Shown here: positions 37,780-49,660 of the stretch, piece by piece
Numbering within the stretch: position 1 is the first letter of the stretch
Layout: the number at the start of each line of letters is the position of its first letter
DNA from: Zootoca vivipara
Lineage: Eukaryota
NCBI RefSeq assembly: GCF_963506605.1
Contig: NC_083283.1
Coordinates: 83,824,001-83,888,000, forward strand
DNA: 64,000 nt
Direction: 5' to 3'
Translations under genes and position numbers: made by a program
The notes under the pieces: generated by a model
What the model saw: the letters and a program-made list of their open reading frames with translations, nothing else
The model's database searches: none
Told to the model about the DNA's origin: nothing

Positions 37780-38094
37780 AGATGGGAAAGTACAGTAGAT
37801 GTTTATATTGTGTGTAGCTTTGGAGAACGTTTGATGCCATCAACTTGTTTAGTAAAATTAAAATCATGTTCAAATGAATGATAAACAAGATGTTGTTGTT
37901 GTTGTTGAAAATGATTTAATACTGTATATTCAAAATGTATATTTTCCTTTGCCGGTGAATATGGCTGGTTAAATACACTTGCCCCATCATTGAAAGTTTC
38001 CATCTTTTATACCAACATATGACACATGTTGGCACCGCTAGCATCTTTCACTGCTTGGAGATCAGGGTGTGCATAACAATATTGTCCTGTATTT

Positions 38095-38500
38095 GGGAGG
38101 GCCTAGAGTAGCTGTCATAGAGCACCTGCTCTGCATGCAGAAGGTGCCAGATTCAATCTGCAGCATCTCCAGAAAGGGCTGGGAACGGCCCCTGTCTAGA
38201 ACCCTAGAGAATCACTGCCAGTGAGCTACAGTAGATGGATTACAGGTAGGTAGCTGTGTTGGTCTGCTGTAGTCGAAACAAAATTAAATAATTCCTTCCA
38301 GTAGCACCTTTTGTTGTTGTTTAGTCGTTTAGTCGTGTCCGACTCTTCGTGACCCCATGGACCATAGCACGCCAGGCACTCCTGTCTTGCACCTTAGAGA
38401 CCAACTAAGTTTGTTATTGGTATGAGCTTTCATGTGCATGCACATGTCTTCAGATTGTTGGGACTAATTCAGTTATAAGCAATTTCCTGTGGTCCTATGA
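38095..38500. mobile_element. Nested repeats: tRNA-SINE > Penelope 3' fragment (38243-38455, minus) > BovB tail (~38311-38388, minus)
   Basis: The Penelope part matches the reverse complement of 53977-54117; the BovB part matches the reverse complement of ~17365-17444 and is flanked by a gcacctt duplication. Confidence 0.8.
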
Positions 38501-39099
38501 CCTATGAAACACATTTATTATTTTTCTTCCCAGCAGTTCTGGAGCTTCCTTGAGTGAAGAACTGATATTCTGATATTCCATGCCTCTTTCTATTAGGATT
38601 TCCAATAGTTATTTAGGAATGCTATATGGCATTTCAGGATAATGACATATTTCTGCATTGTGGTTGCCAGGACAGAACACAGCTATAGTGCATATTTACC
38701 TTATTTCATTACATTTGTATTTCTCCCTTCATTGCACAGAATTTTTGCCTTTAAAGAAAGAGAGATGCAGAGTGGAGCTGGCCATGCTGCTTTAGGCAAT
38801 GTTACCAGTTAGAGGCTTATTTAAGAAGGCTGTGCTTTTGCCACCTCTTATGAAGTGAAGTTTTAACCTGCCCACTCATCCCACTGTTGGTAGAGCTGGA
38901 CTAGCTGGTTTCCATTTGGGGCAGTTTTGAAGTTCCCATTTCACATTTGCCAGAGGAAGAGCTCTTTTGCACAGCTTAGCTCTGGCAGGCAGATGAGTGG
39001 TTCAGACAGACATTCCAGTATTTCCAGGTAGTTTTAGGTCTCTTATTTCTTCTGAAGTCTCGCTGGGCAAATCAATAAGTTTTGACCTGGTGCTGAATG

Positions 39100-40875
39100 A
39101 CTGCAACATTGGCACCAGTCCCATGCCTACTTTTCTCAAGTCAAGGAAGAAAGACTGCTAAGGAAAAGAGCAGTTATCAGCATCACTTTATCTAAAGGCC
39201 AGTTCTTCTAGGCTTGCAGTTCCATGAGGCTGTTTATTATTATTTTCTTCTTCATGGTCACCTGCTCTCCGTAATTGGCTCATACGCATTACCTCGCTTT
39301 GAGAGCACATAGCTAGAATTCCTTGATCAATGACTCCAACAACCACATGAACAAAATATGAACTTCATGGCGGAGCAGGAATTGGATCTAAGGCTGAGAG
39401 CAGATTGCAGGTTTTTTTTACAGAGATGTGAAGATAATATGATAGAACCATGAACATGTTCATGTGGACCATTCCCTGGTAAGAGCCCAGATGAAAAGTC
39501 AGAATGTTGTCCCTCGTGCGGAAGATGGCAGCTTAAATCCTCGTTATGGTCATGAGATTGCAATAGATGTTGGATTCCATGTCTGAAAGGGACACAAGCC
39601 CCCATTGGAAATCTTTTGCCCAGTGCCTTTATCTGAAAGTGTATACTGTATCTTCAAGTTCCAGATTGGTAGCCATGTTCTGATATTCAACTAATATATG
39701 AATGGCAACTTTCAGAAACCAAGGTGAGAACACTTTCCTAGGACATTCTGCTGCTCATCTTAAAGTTTCCATTTTTCAACAAAATAATTTTAAGGGCTGG
39801 CTCCAATGTGAAATTGCTGAAATGAATGTCTTACTAAGCCAATCTTAGTAATCACTTCATCCTGCCATTCTCCACAGTATCTCCATATTATCAGACCTAC
39901 AACGCTCCCAACAAAGACTAACTCCACACATTTATTAGAAATGAGATGTTGATCCCATTGAGCATTTTCCTTCACCTTGTTCATCTTTAGGCACACCACC
40001 AAGGACCTTTGTGGATAATTCCCATTGTGTGCTCTGCGTCCAGTATGAATTGTTTTCATTCTTCAAAATCCAGAGCACCTTCCACCTTTACACCTGCAGA
40101 AGTCTAGTCTACTAGAAATAATGATTAACAAATCTCATTGCATTGTTGATCTCCCAATCACTTCCATGTTCTTTGTCCAGATCTGCTGTGTTGATCAGAT
40201 TTATGACTACGCCTTTACCAAAGTTCCCAAGTAAACTGAAGATATTCCAGTCAAGCCCAGGAGTGTTCTCACTGGAATGCAGTGCCATAATGTGCCAGAC
40301 TTTTGGGAAGACCTGACACCTCTTACTATTTACTGAAAACTTCAAATGGTATCTTTCTTTGTCTAACAACTTTTCAAAAGCTAAAAATAGGATATTATTC
40401 TGTCCACCACAGTGTTCTACCTTCTTATTTGTTTATTCTTTTTAACAATTTGCAAATGAGGCACTCACTATTACCAATTCAGTTCTGAGAAGCAATATCT
40501 CTTTTAGAGGGAAACTGTGTGACTTTATCATCAATACTGAGGATTTCTATATCCAGATAATACAATGCAAGAAGATTTTCAATCCGAAGCTCAAATTTTA
40601 GTACTTAACTTACTGTCTGACCACACAGTTCCTCTGTTGTCCACTATCATGCACTAAGCTGCAAATCCAGATGTTTTCTCAAATCCAGATGTTTTCTTGC
40701 ATTTAATAACACAATAGGCAGGCTGTCATCTGTTTCTGGGATCCTCTTCTGCAATGGACTCACTGGCAATACAGGGCTCCAAATCCTCTGGGATCCAGCA
40801 GCAAGCTTCTCTGGCTAGAGAGACGCACACTATGGCAATGCACAGAAAACCGAATGGCAGCCATAAGCCCGACAT
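39100..40875 (-). pseudogene. Highly decayed protocadherin variable exon of non-alpha (beta/gamma/delta/C-like) type
   Basis: Collinear cadherin remnants across frameshifts: MSGLWLPFGFLCIAIVCVSLA..WIPEDLE; EELCGQTVS*VLKFELRIENLLALYYLDIEILSIDDKVTQFP; YPIFSF/EKLLDKE; KSGT; ENTP..GKGVVINLINTADLD; KVEGALDFEE; GSVVGLI...FHIGASP*NYF; VSLSDMES; PP*SSYFVHVVVGVIDQ. The 3' limit is uncertain. Confidence 0.85.
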
Positions 40876-41119
40876 ATTAGGTTGCCTGGTGTTTTGTAGC
40901 AATAGAAAAACAGAGTTTTGCAGTATAATAATTTCCTTCTTCTGCAGCTGGTTCAGCTAGCACTACGCTCTTGCTATTTCTGTCTCTAGCTATCCATCAG
41001 AACGGCACTCAAATTCTATGAAAATACAATCGTTTCGCTCTTCTTTCAGCTTGAATTCTGAGCCATTAAAAGATTCCCTTTGCCAGAGTGGCTGGTTCTT
41101 CCTTTCCAGTCGTGGACAA

Positions 41120-41137
41120 CAGCAACACCTAGCGTCT
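41120..41137 (-). promoter_or_regulatory. CSE-like CTCF site of the relic exon
   Basis: Minus strand AGACGCTAGGTGTTGCTG(TTGTCCA), 245 bp upstream of the relic ATG, same orientation as the other CSEs. Confidence 0.7.
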
Positions 41138-42192
41138 AGATCACTGCTGTGCTCCAAATACTGCAAACAGTGATGCTCAATGTCGCTTAGGTGATGTCAC
41201 GGGTTACAGGCTACTGAGAATGAGCAACAATATGCTCTGGCGTCATAATCTATGAACTACTTTTACAAACATCTATCCTGGGTTTATTAATAACCAGCTT
41301 ATATAATCATTATTCTATATAGAGTGAGTGCCTTGCACCTCCACCTCCCCTACTTTTTAAGTTTTCCCCTTTGCCTTTGGTAACTCTCAGTAATGCTCTG
41401 ATGTAGTGGGCTCATGTGTTAGGGCTTTCACTGTGGGACAATCTTGTACTAAAGTATGCTAAAGGTGCCATCAAGAACTCTTTTTGTTCAACGCAAGTTA
41501 TGCTCCTTAATTCACCAAAGCTGCATATATTATGTGTAGAAATGATCTGATTTCATATTTTGTGGCTGGATAAATTATATATGAATTTTTTTTATTATAT
41601 CCTGTAAACACATTTAAATGTATTATCTCTAGAATTATGATGTATTTTAAAAAGTCAATATGCCCAAATGGAACACATTTTTTAATATTTTGCATGGGGG
41701 TGATCCTGCATATATCGTTGGCATTGTTCTTTGGTGCATTGTCCTTTTATTATTATTTAGAAGATTATTTAAATCCAATTATATATTTACAAAACGTATT
41801 CAGATATGATGCACATTGAGACAAAATTGTAGCCTGGTGTATTGATTGATGGTGTCTGACTGGCGCTGGCCTGGAAAGAGATCTTGCAGTCATGACTGAT
41901 AGCTCAATGAAAACAGAAACTCTACGTGTGGCCGGGGTTAAAAACAGTAAGGCAGATTCCATGCTAGAATTAGGAAAGGGATTGAAAATACATCTATAGC
42001 AGGGCAATGTCTGGAATATTGGTCAACCCTAATCCATCACAAAGAAGGAATAAGCTTCAGGACAAAAATACCGAAGTCTCGAATGGTACACCAACTAGTA
42101 ATACTTTTTATTTTAGAGGAAAAGATGACCCAAGGTAGGCATGACAGAAGTTTACAAAATCATGTAAGATTTTTTTTTAAAAAAAGGAGGTA

Positions 42193-42433
42193 CAGTGGTA
42201 CCTTGGTTTACAAACTTAATCCGTTCCAGAAGTCCGTTCTTAAACCAAAGCCGTTCTTAAACCGAGGCGTGCTTTCCCTAATGAGGCCTCCCGTCGTCGT
42301 TGCCCTTCCACTGTTCAGCTTCCGTTCGTAGACCAAGGTAAAGTTCGCTAACCGGGACACTACTTCTGGTTTTGCGGAGTTCGTATACCGAATAGTTCGT
42401 AAACAGGGCTGTTCTTAAACCAAGGTACCACTG
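42193..42433. mobile_element. Tc1/mariner MITE
   Basis: TIR cagtggtaccttggttta / taaaccaaggtaccactg with TA on both sides. Confidence 0.92.
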
Positions 42434-42606
42434 TAAAGCTATTTTTTCTCCCTCTCCCATAATGCTGAAACTCAGGCTTGCCCAGTGCCATAGCTTGAAG
42501 AAGGTGGAGGAAGGGATACTTTCCAAACAATTCATAATTTATGAAATTATGAAATTTATGACATTTGCTGCGAGATGCGATATTGGCCACTTGAAGCTGG
42601 GTTATA

Positions 42607-42853
42607 CAGTGGACACTCGGGTTGCGAACATGATCTGATGCAGTTTCGCAACCCACAGCGTTCGCAACCCACGTCTGCACACACACGGGTCACGATCCAG
42701 CGCTTCTGCGCATGCACAAAGCATGATTTAGTGCTCCTGCGCATGCGCAAGCGCCGAAACCCGGAAGTAACACGTTCGGGTACTTCCGGGTTCGGCGCAG
42801 GATGCAACCTGAAAAGACACAACCTGAAGCGTCTGTAACTCGAGGTATGACTG
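42607..42853. mobile_element. Tc1/mariner MITE
   Basis: Imperfect TIR cagtggacactcgggtt / aactcgaggtatgactg with TA flanks. Confidence 0.8.
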
Positions 42854-42994
42854 TACTTAAGGAGATATTGCACAGTTAATTCACAGAGGCTAAATTAGCT
42901 TAAAAAGAAAGGATAGTGACTAGGTTGCTCAGGTGTTGGCAGATGTGCAATGGCAGCCATTTTACATAAACCACAGGATTATATTAACTTCAGT

Positions 42995-43680
42995 TAAGGG
43001 TGACCAGTGAGGGAGCCAGGCTTGCCAATGATACCAAAAAGGGATTGCAAGGAGCTTGTAAAGTATCTCTCCAGATTAGGCAAATGGGGAAATGGCAAAT
43101 ACAATTCAATTTAAGCAAGTACAAAGTGAGGCACATTGGGGGAAACAACCCTAATTTCACATATATACCAATGGAGATGAACTGGCAACAAGTCACCAGA
43201 AAATGTACCTTGCTATTGTGGCTGATAGCTTGATCACCATAATGTCAACCCATTATGCAGCAGCTGTAACAAAGACAAATACCAGATTAAACATTAAAGA
43301 TTAGGTAAGGGACTGAAAATAATACTGTCAATATCATAATACCGTTATACACATCCATGGCTTCTTCTTCATCTTTGGCGATCACTCGTAGCCGAGTAAG
43401 ATTGTCTTCCATTGACACGGATTTAACAATGGGTCAATAAGTGACTGTGGAGGCCAATTCTGGATCCACACTGTACAACTCTGGTCACCAGAGGTAGTAC
43501 TGGAAAGAGCTGGAAAAGTTGTAGAAAAGGGCAACTAAAATGAACAAGAGTTTGGAGCAACTCTCAAATGTGCAAAAATTACATTTGGGGCATTTTGGTT
43601 TGAGGGGGGAGAATGCAAGTAAGAGAGGACAGCATACAAAATTATGCATTTTGTGGAGAAAGTGGATAGAAAGAAGTAAT
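42995..43680 (+). mobile_element. Decayed CR1 ORF2 fragment
   Basis: WQIQFNLSKYKVRHIGGNNPNFTY and gaaaagggcaactaaaatga CR1 motifs. Confidence 0.75.
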
Positions 43681-44136
43681 TTTTATTTAATTTTTAATGT
43701 AATTTCACAAGCCTTCTTGGAGTTGAAAGAGAGGGAGCAAAGCAGCTCCAGAGAGAGAGTGAGTTCCAGAGTCTATGCTCCACAACACATGCCACCTTCC
43801 CTTTCCCACATTCTCACCAACTTCAGCTCAGCTGTGAATCAGAACTGCTCCAGATGATCTTAGTGGGCAGGGAGAATCGTATAGAAGTATGTGCTCCATA
43901 CTTCCCAAACTGAATAGACCCGTACATATAATAACTAGCATTTGGGGCTTGCAAAAGAGCCTGGCAGCAGGATTCTACACCTGATGTAGTCTCCAAACAT
44001 TCTTCAAAGGCAACTCCAGGCATGCACAGCAGCTCCATAGAAAATCTGAGGCACAGGGCCAATTGGGGGTGATCTGTACCTTGGCAAAATGAAACCGTGC
44101 TCCCACATGGTGTGGCAGAGCACCTCGAGTCATGAC

Positions 44137-44226
44137 CATAGCTGCCAAGTTATCCCTTTTTTTAAGGGAAATTCCATTATGCTGAATAGGCTTCCTCGAG
44201 AGAAAAGGGAAAACTTGGCAGCTATG
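44137..44226. mobile_element. 90-bp hAT MITE
   Basis: TIR catagctgccaagtt / aacttggcagctatg; 8-bp TSD gtcatgac. Confidence 0.92.
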
Positions 44227-45246
44227 GTCATGACCAGAGAAGCTACGTCTCAAGCATGAGGGAAATGCCAAGGTCTGTGGGAGGGTGAAGTTTTCTTTCC
44301 ATCAGAAGCGGAAACAATTTATGAGATAGCATGGGGGCCACGACACTCCAGCCCACAGGCCTAAATACCACACACACACACACACACACAACTGTTGTTG
44401 GTTGGCAACCATCTGTCTCAGTGTAGCAAACCAAAAAAAATGCCTTATCTTCTGAGTCTTCAACACTAAATGTCAGAGACGAGAGAAGCTAGGAGTCCAA
44501 CATTGTTTATTGCAAAGCAATAGGTTCAGCAGGTATCCCACAAAATCTGAACACCCCCCCCCAAATGCCCAGGGGGGGATCATTTATAAGTTTCTAAACA
44601 AAGGATTTCAATATCCACCATATACATCATTACCTCGTTTCAAGTTGTTAGACCAATCATATGCATAAAAGTTACCTCATTTCATGTTTAACATACATGC
44701 GCATAAGCATTTGCTGTTTCTGCTGAGTAGGCTGTGGTTCCCACCATGTTTTGTTATGGCCTTGCATGGATACATTACCATTTGCATTATGTAGCAACTT
44801 ATGTTCTTATGATTAACGTACTGTATTAGCTGTTCTCTGTCCCAATGAGGACAGCAAACTTGCAGAAGCAGCAATTTCTTAAAGGAACAGGCTACCATAA
44901 CTTCTCTATTAGAAGCACACCCAAGAATTTACAGGGGTACACATTATCACATTTATTGTGGCCCTTTGGGCCATTGCCACATCAGGAGTGCACCTTTGGA
45001 GGTGAAGTAAAACTGCTGGAAGGTTACAGTGACTTCTGAGGTTGTACGGGAGAGACACATTTTGGGGCAGCTGGTTGCGTTGCTGCAGGTGCACAATGGT
45101 ATTTCTTCTCTCTGTTCTCCTCCCAGTGGCCATTCCTCCTCTGGTCACTGCTATGGATGCACGACCTGACTGTCTCCAGGCTCTACAGTCGTCTGCAAGG
45201 GATTCCCACACGCCAGGATTGATGTTGCCAGTCTTCATCTCACGTT

Positions 45247-45336
45247 CATAGCTGCCAAGTTATCCCTTTTTTTAAGGGATTTTCCCTTATGCTGAATAGG
45301 CTTCCTCGCGAGAAAAGGGAAAACTTGGCAGCTATG
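45247..45336. mobile_element. 90-bp hAT MITE (second copy)
   Basis: Near-identical to 44137-44226; 8-bp TSD ctcacgtt. Confidence 0.92.
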
Positions 45337-45426
45337 CTCACGTTTGCAGACATCTTTGCAACGCAGAGTTGGTCTGCCAACAGGCCTAGTGCCAGCTCCC
45401 TGTAGAGCACGTCCTTGGGGATCCTC

Positions 45427-46304
45427 TAGGGCTGCCACCTGTCCTTTAAAATAAAGGTTTGTTATGTCTGAGGGGCACAGAGTCCCTTGTTTCGTTTGGA
45501 ATGCCTTTTGTTACGTTTTTGAAGACATAAAAAATAAAATTTGTGCACTCACCCTAGTTTGCTTGTCTTGCGCTGCCTAGTTTGCTAGGCACTTCGGCAG
45601 TTGAACCCGCCCTCCAAAGCTGGCTGATTGACGCTCCAGGCTAGCCAATAGAGCTCGCCAGCCAGCAGGCTCTTCCGGGTTGGGCAGAGCAATTTCCAAT
45701 GGCTCTAGAAGGAGCAAGACGTTTCCCGGAGCAGCAGCTTCTGCTTGCAAAGCTCAGTCTCCCTCTGCCCGTCTCTCTGTGTGTGTTTAAGGATCTCTTG
45801 GTTTATTCCCCCCCCCTCAAGAATGGATAGCGTGGAGGCTGCAAAGGAGGGCTTCTTCCATTTAGAGTTCTGTTGCTGAAATTGAAGGGTAGTAGAAAAA
45901 GTTTAATAAATACTGTGATCATCCATCCATCTCTAGGCATTAAAGCATCATAACCTTCATATATTGGAGTTCTCAGAGGGGATGAAAGGTTAGGTTAATC
46001 CTGTTAGGATGTTGGAGGCAAAGCTATGTGAGGAAAAGATGCAGAATTTGTTGCTATCTCTCTCCGCTTACCCCTTTCTTCTTCTTTGGCTGGGTTTCTA
46101 CATTTACCATCCTTCTGGCAGGCAGAAATTCAGCAGGTGGAGACATTTCCTTTCAATATTGTTGGAATCTTTGCAGTTACCAATAGCTTCCATTTGATCA
46201 TTGTAATGGATTGCTTTGAAGTCATTTCTGCACTAGGGCATTTTTAGCCCACCAGTTCCCTCCCAACCTGTCCTTATTTTGCCCGATCAAAGGTGGCAAC
46301 CCCA
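45427..46304. mobile_element. Non-autonomous hAT DNA transposon, 878 bp
   Basis: TIR tagggctgccacc / ggtggcaacccca; 8-bp TSD ggatcctc; the RTE sequence resumes on both sides. Confidence 0.85.
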
Positions 46305-48402
46305 GGATCCTCCCATCTTCCATTCTGTGCACATGACCAAGCCAGCATAGACATTGCTGAGATAGGAGTGCGAACATACTGGGAATGTGGGCTTGGGAGA
46401 GCACATCTTTGTTTGGGACTCTTTCCTGCCATTTGATGCCCAACTCTGCTTGGTGCAGTGCATGTTGAAAGCGTTGAAGCATAGCTCCTGGCGGTTGCAA
46501 GATGTCCATGATTAGCTTCCATAAAGTGGTGTGCTCAACACACAAGCCTGGTAGACCTTCATCTTTGTATTGGCCATTGGCATCCCATTCTCCCATATCT
46601 TTATGGAGAGGTGAGCCATTGCTATAGCTGCCTTGCCAATACTGTATGCTTGTCCAGCTCCATCTATAGAGAGGTTGCTGGTTATGGTGGAGCACAGGTA
46701 GACAAAATCATCCACCACCTCAAGCATGTGGCTCCTGGTGCATGGAGTGCTGGTGACCAGAGTGTTGGCCTTTTGTCAGGCTGATTATATGACATCATTA
46801 TGACATCAGGTGTGAGGCTGCCAAAAAGGGTTTTGCAGGCACTACCAGTCGCCTAAATCGTGCCTGTAAAACCCTCCACAAGATAGCACTTTGAAAGGGG
46901 CTTCACCAGCAATATATTGCACAGCTGGTTGTTGGGTCTTCGGAAACCCTTTTAAAAGACTGCACAGGAGAGTGTTTTGAAATAGTCTTGCACAGCCCTG
47001 GCTGTCAGGTCTTCAGAAGTCTCTTTCAAAGTGTCATGTGCTATGGGATTTCAGATTTCTGATGTCATTGTGACATTGGATGTTTCACAGGTGGACCATC
47101 CTGACTGAGACTGTTGGGAGTTGTAGTCCAAGACATCTGGAGGGCAACAAGCTGGTGAAGTCAGTTACTACTACATTGGTCTCTCAGGCTACAAGGAACA
47201 TAACTGCATATTGTAATGTAAGCCTAAAATAGGAAATCTGGAAGCTACGACCACCACCCCTTTCCAAGAAAACATTGCCTTTTATGTGTCAAAATTTATC
47301 AGCAATCTCAAGTCTCTGCATGGAATTTGTGACAACTGAAAATAAGACCAGTTATCCGGGGCTGGAGGAGTTCAAAACCCTACTTTATTATTATGCAACA
47401 TTTACTGACTGCCAGAACTGAGTGGAGCTCAGTGATTATCTAATGGATTTACAAACTGTACAAAACGGATGGGACAAAATATCTAGTGGGATTGCTGCTA
47501 TGCTCCCAAGGAATTTCAAGTTCATGCTCCATTAGGCATATTTACAACTACTTTGGGCATGATATGAATGCAGAAAGTACAGAAACCACAAGTCTTAGTT
47601 GCCAAAGGAACAACAGAAGAGCCTATTTCCTACTCAAAACCCTTGAAGGGAGAAAAAAATAGTTGGGTGAGGAAGGGAAGGATCAAAATATTTTTACATG
47701 CAATAAGATCCAGTCAAACCCACCCAAAAAAGAGGAGATTTTTTTCCATAGAGGGGAAAGGGTGATAACTTCCACCTTTGTGCCTGCTACAATGCTAACA
47801 ACAATTAATTATTATTATTATTATTAGTCTTAGTATTTATGTCCTGCCTTATCCCCAGACCAGGACACAAGTCAGATTACAAATAAAATAAAAAGGCTAA
47901 AGACATAGCAGAGTTAGTCATTGAAAAATAACTAAACACTAAAAGAATTAAAGCAATATAAAAAGATATATTTTAAAATACAAAGAACTAGAAGAAACAA
48001 AACAAAACATAGCACTAGCCCTTTCCAGTCAGTTCACTGCCATCAAGGAGGGAGCCAGTCGAACTTCTCCAGGGAGAGAGTTCCAATGTCTGGGTCTGGG
48101 AGATGCCACTGACCTGCATCTCCACCAAGCAGGCCTGTGAGGGCGGCAGAACTGAGAGAAAGGCCTCACCCCCAAAGATCTCAGAACCCAGGCAGGTTCA
48201 TATAAGGGAATATGCTATTTCAGATAGCTTGGACCTAAGCAGTGCTATTTTTCTACAAAAAGAGGTGCCGGAACTCACCATGAATACCTCCCTTGTTCTC
48301 TTATAATGGCAATGGCACCCACCTGAGAGTTGTCGGAACTGAGTTCCGGTGAGTTCCAGCTGGGGGAAAAAGCTGTGCACCTAAGCCACGTAGGGCTTTA
48401 TT

Positions 48403-49489
48403 TATTATTTTATTTTATTTTTTATTAAAGACTAATTGTACCCAGCCATGCGTTGCTGTGGCTCAGTCAGGGCCCCCATTTCCCAGGACAGGCACATGAC
48501 ATAATGACACCCCTCTGTCTGTTACCCCCCCGGTGCGTGACATCATCTTCCCCCACGTGATGTCACACTCCACCCCAACCCCTCTCCCCCCTCGCATACT
48601 GTATGCAAATTTTGGGGAGGGCCTGGCTGCTTCCTCCAGCGGATCCCGACGGGCAAGGGGGCAGACAGCCCAGCTGCAATTTCTTTGTGAAGACGGACAT
48701 GCCATGGGCGGGGAGGAGAGGAGAGGCCCTGGCTGCAAAGGGACAGGATCCGGCCCCCGGTCTCCCAGAAGGAGCCGCCGGCCACCCGCTCCCAGTACCT
48801 CTGCGTGCTCATGCTGGAAGGATGCCACCATGCACCCCAAGGCATCCTGGGAGTAAAAAATTTACTATAGTGTGTGTTCCTTTGACGTCCAACAGATGGC
48901 GCTATTTTTCCAAAAAAGCATGTTTTCACCTGTCACAGGTGTGACATCTATAAAATCTAATTATATACAAACACTCCCATAATTGAATGCAACGTTGTGT
49001 CAAAATTTCAAAGCAATCGATCAAGAACTTTCTGAGATTTTTGATTTTGTGCAAACAGACATTTATATTTTTATTTATATAGATTTCTTGATTTACAAAA
49101 GTCTCTCTCATATTTTTTCCACGTATCATTTTTACAAATCAGTTTCATTTGTTGAGACATTTGTAAGAAAAGGGGGAGAGAGGTGGACAGGAAGGGGGTG
49201 GGTGGGGTGGGGTGACAATGTTTCTATTTTACTTAATATACGTAGGTATGTAGGGTTTGATGTCAGCATTACTTGTGCAGGTTGTTCGTTTGTGTTCCCT
49301 TGGTGGTGAGAGAGGTTGGGGTTGGCCTATTGTTCATTTGTGGTTGGTTGTGGTGGTCTTTGTTATTGTTTTCAGGCGTGAGAGGGATGGGTGTTTTGGA
49401 TGAGATTAGCCATATTGATTCGTATGCTGTTGGTGGATTTTTGTCATTATCTTGTTGGGCTGTGTATGTGATAAAAGGGAGCCATACCG
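48403..49489 (-). mobile_element. 5'-truncated retroposon 3' end with A-rich tail (hosts a Helitron)
   Basis: 15-bp direct repeat acgtagggctttatt at 48388-48402 and 49490-49504; T-rich tail on the left side. Confidence 0.7.
48432..49083 (-). mobile_element. Non-autonomous Helitron
   Basis: Minus-strand 5' end TCTATATAAATAAAAAT; subterminal hairpin (agcca...tggct); ends TTAG (CTAG variant); inserted at A|T with no TSD. Confidence 0.8.
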
Positions 49490-49526
49490 ACGTAGGGCTT
49501 TATTGATCACAGCCAGCACTTTGAAT

Positions 49527-49660
49527 TCATAGAATCATAGAGTTGGAAGAGACCACAAGGGCCATCCAGTCCAACTCCCTGCCAAGCAGGAAACACCATC
49601 AAATCATTCCTGACATATGGCTGTCCAGCCTCTGCTTAAAGACCTCCAAAGAAGGAGAGT
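49527..49660 (-). mobile_element. Young CR1 3' end
   Basis: tcatagaatcatagagttggaagagacc..., reverse complement of 14070-14203. Confidence 0.88.

Larger units (their letters stand above)
45060..46790 (-). mobile_element. RTE-clade LINE fragment split by two hAT insertions
   Basis: LEVVDDFVYLCSTI; TKMKVYQACVLSTPLYGS; WLGHVHRMEDGRI|PKD; GRPTLRCKDVCKR; WESLADDCRAWRQ. Confidence 0.85.
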
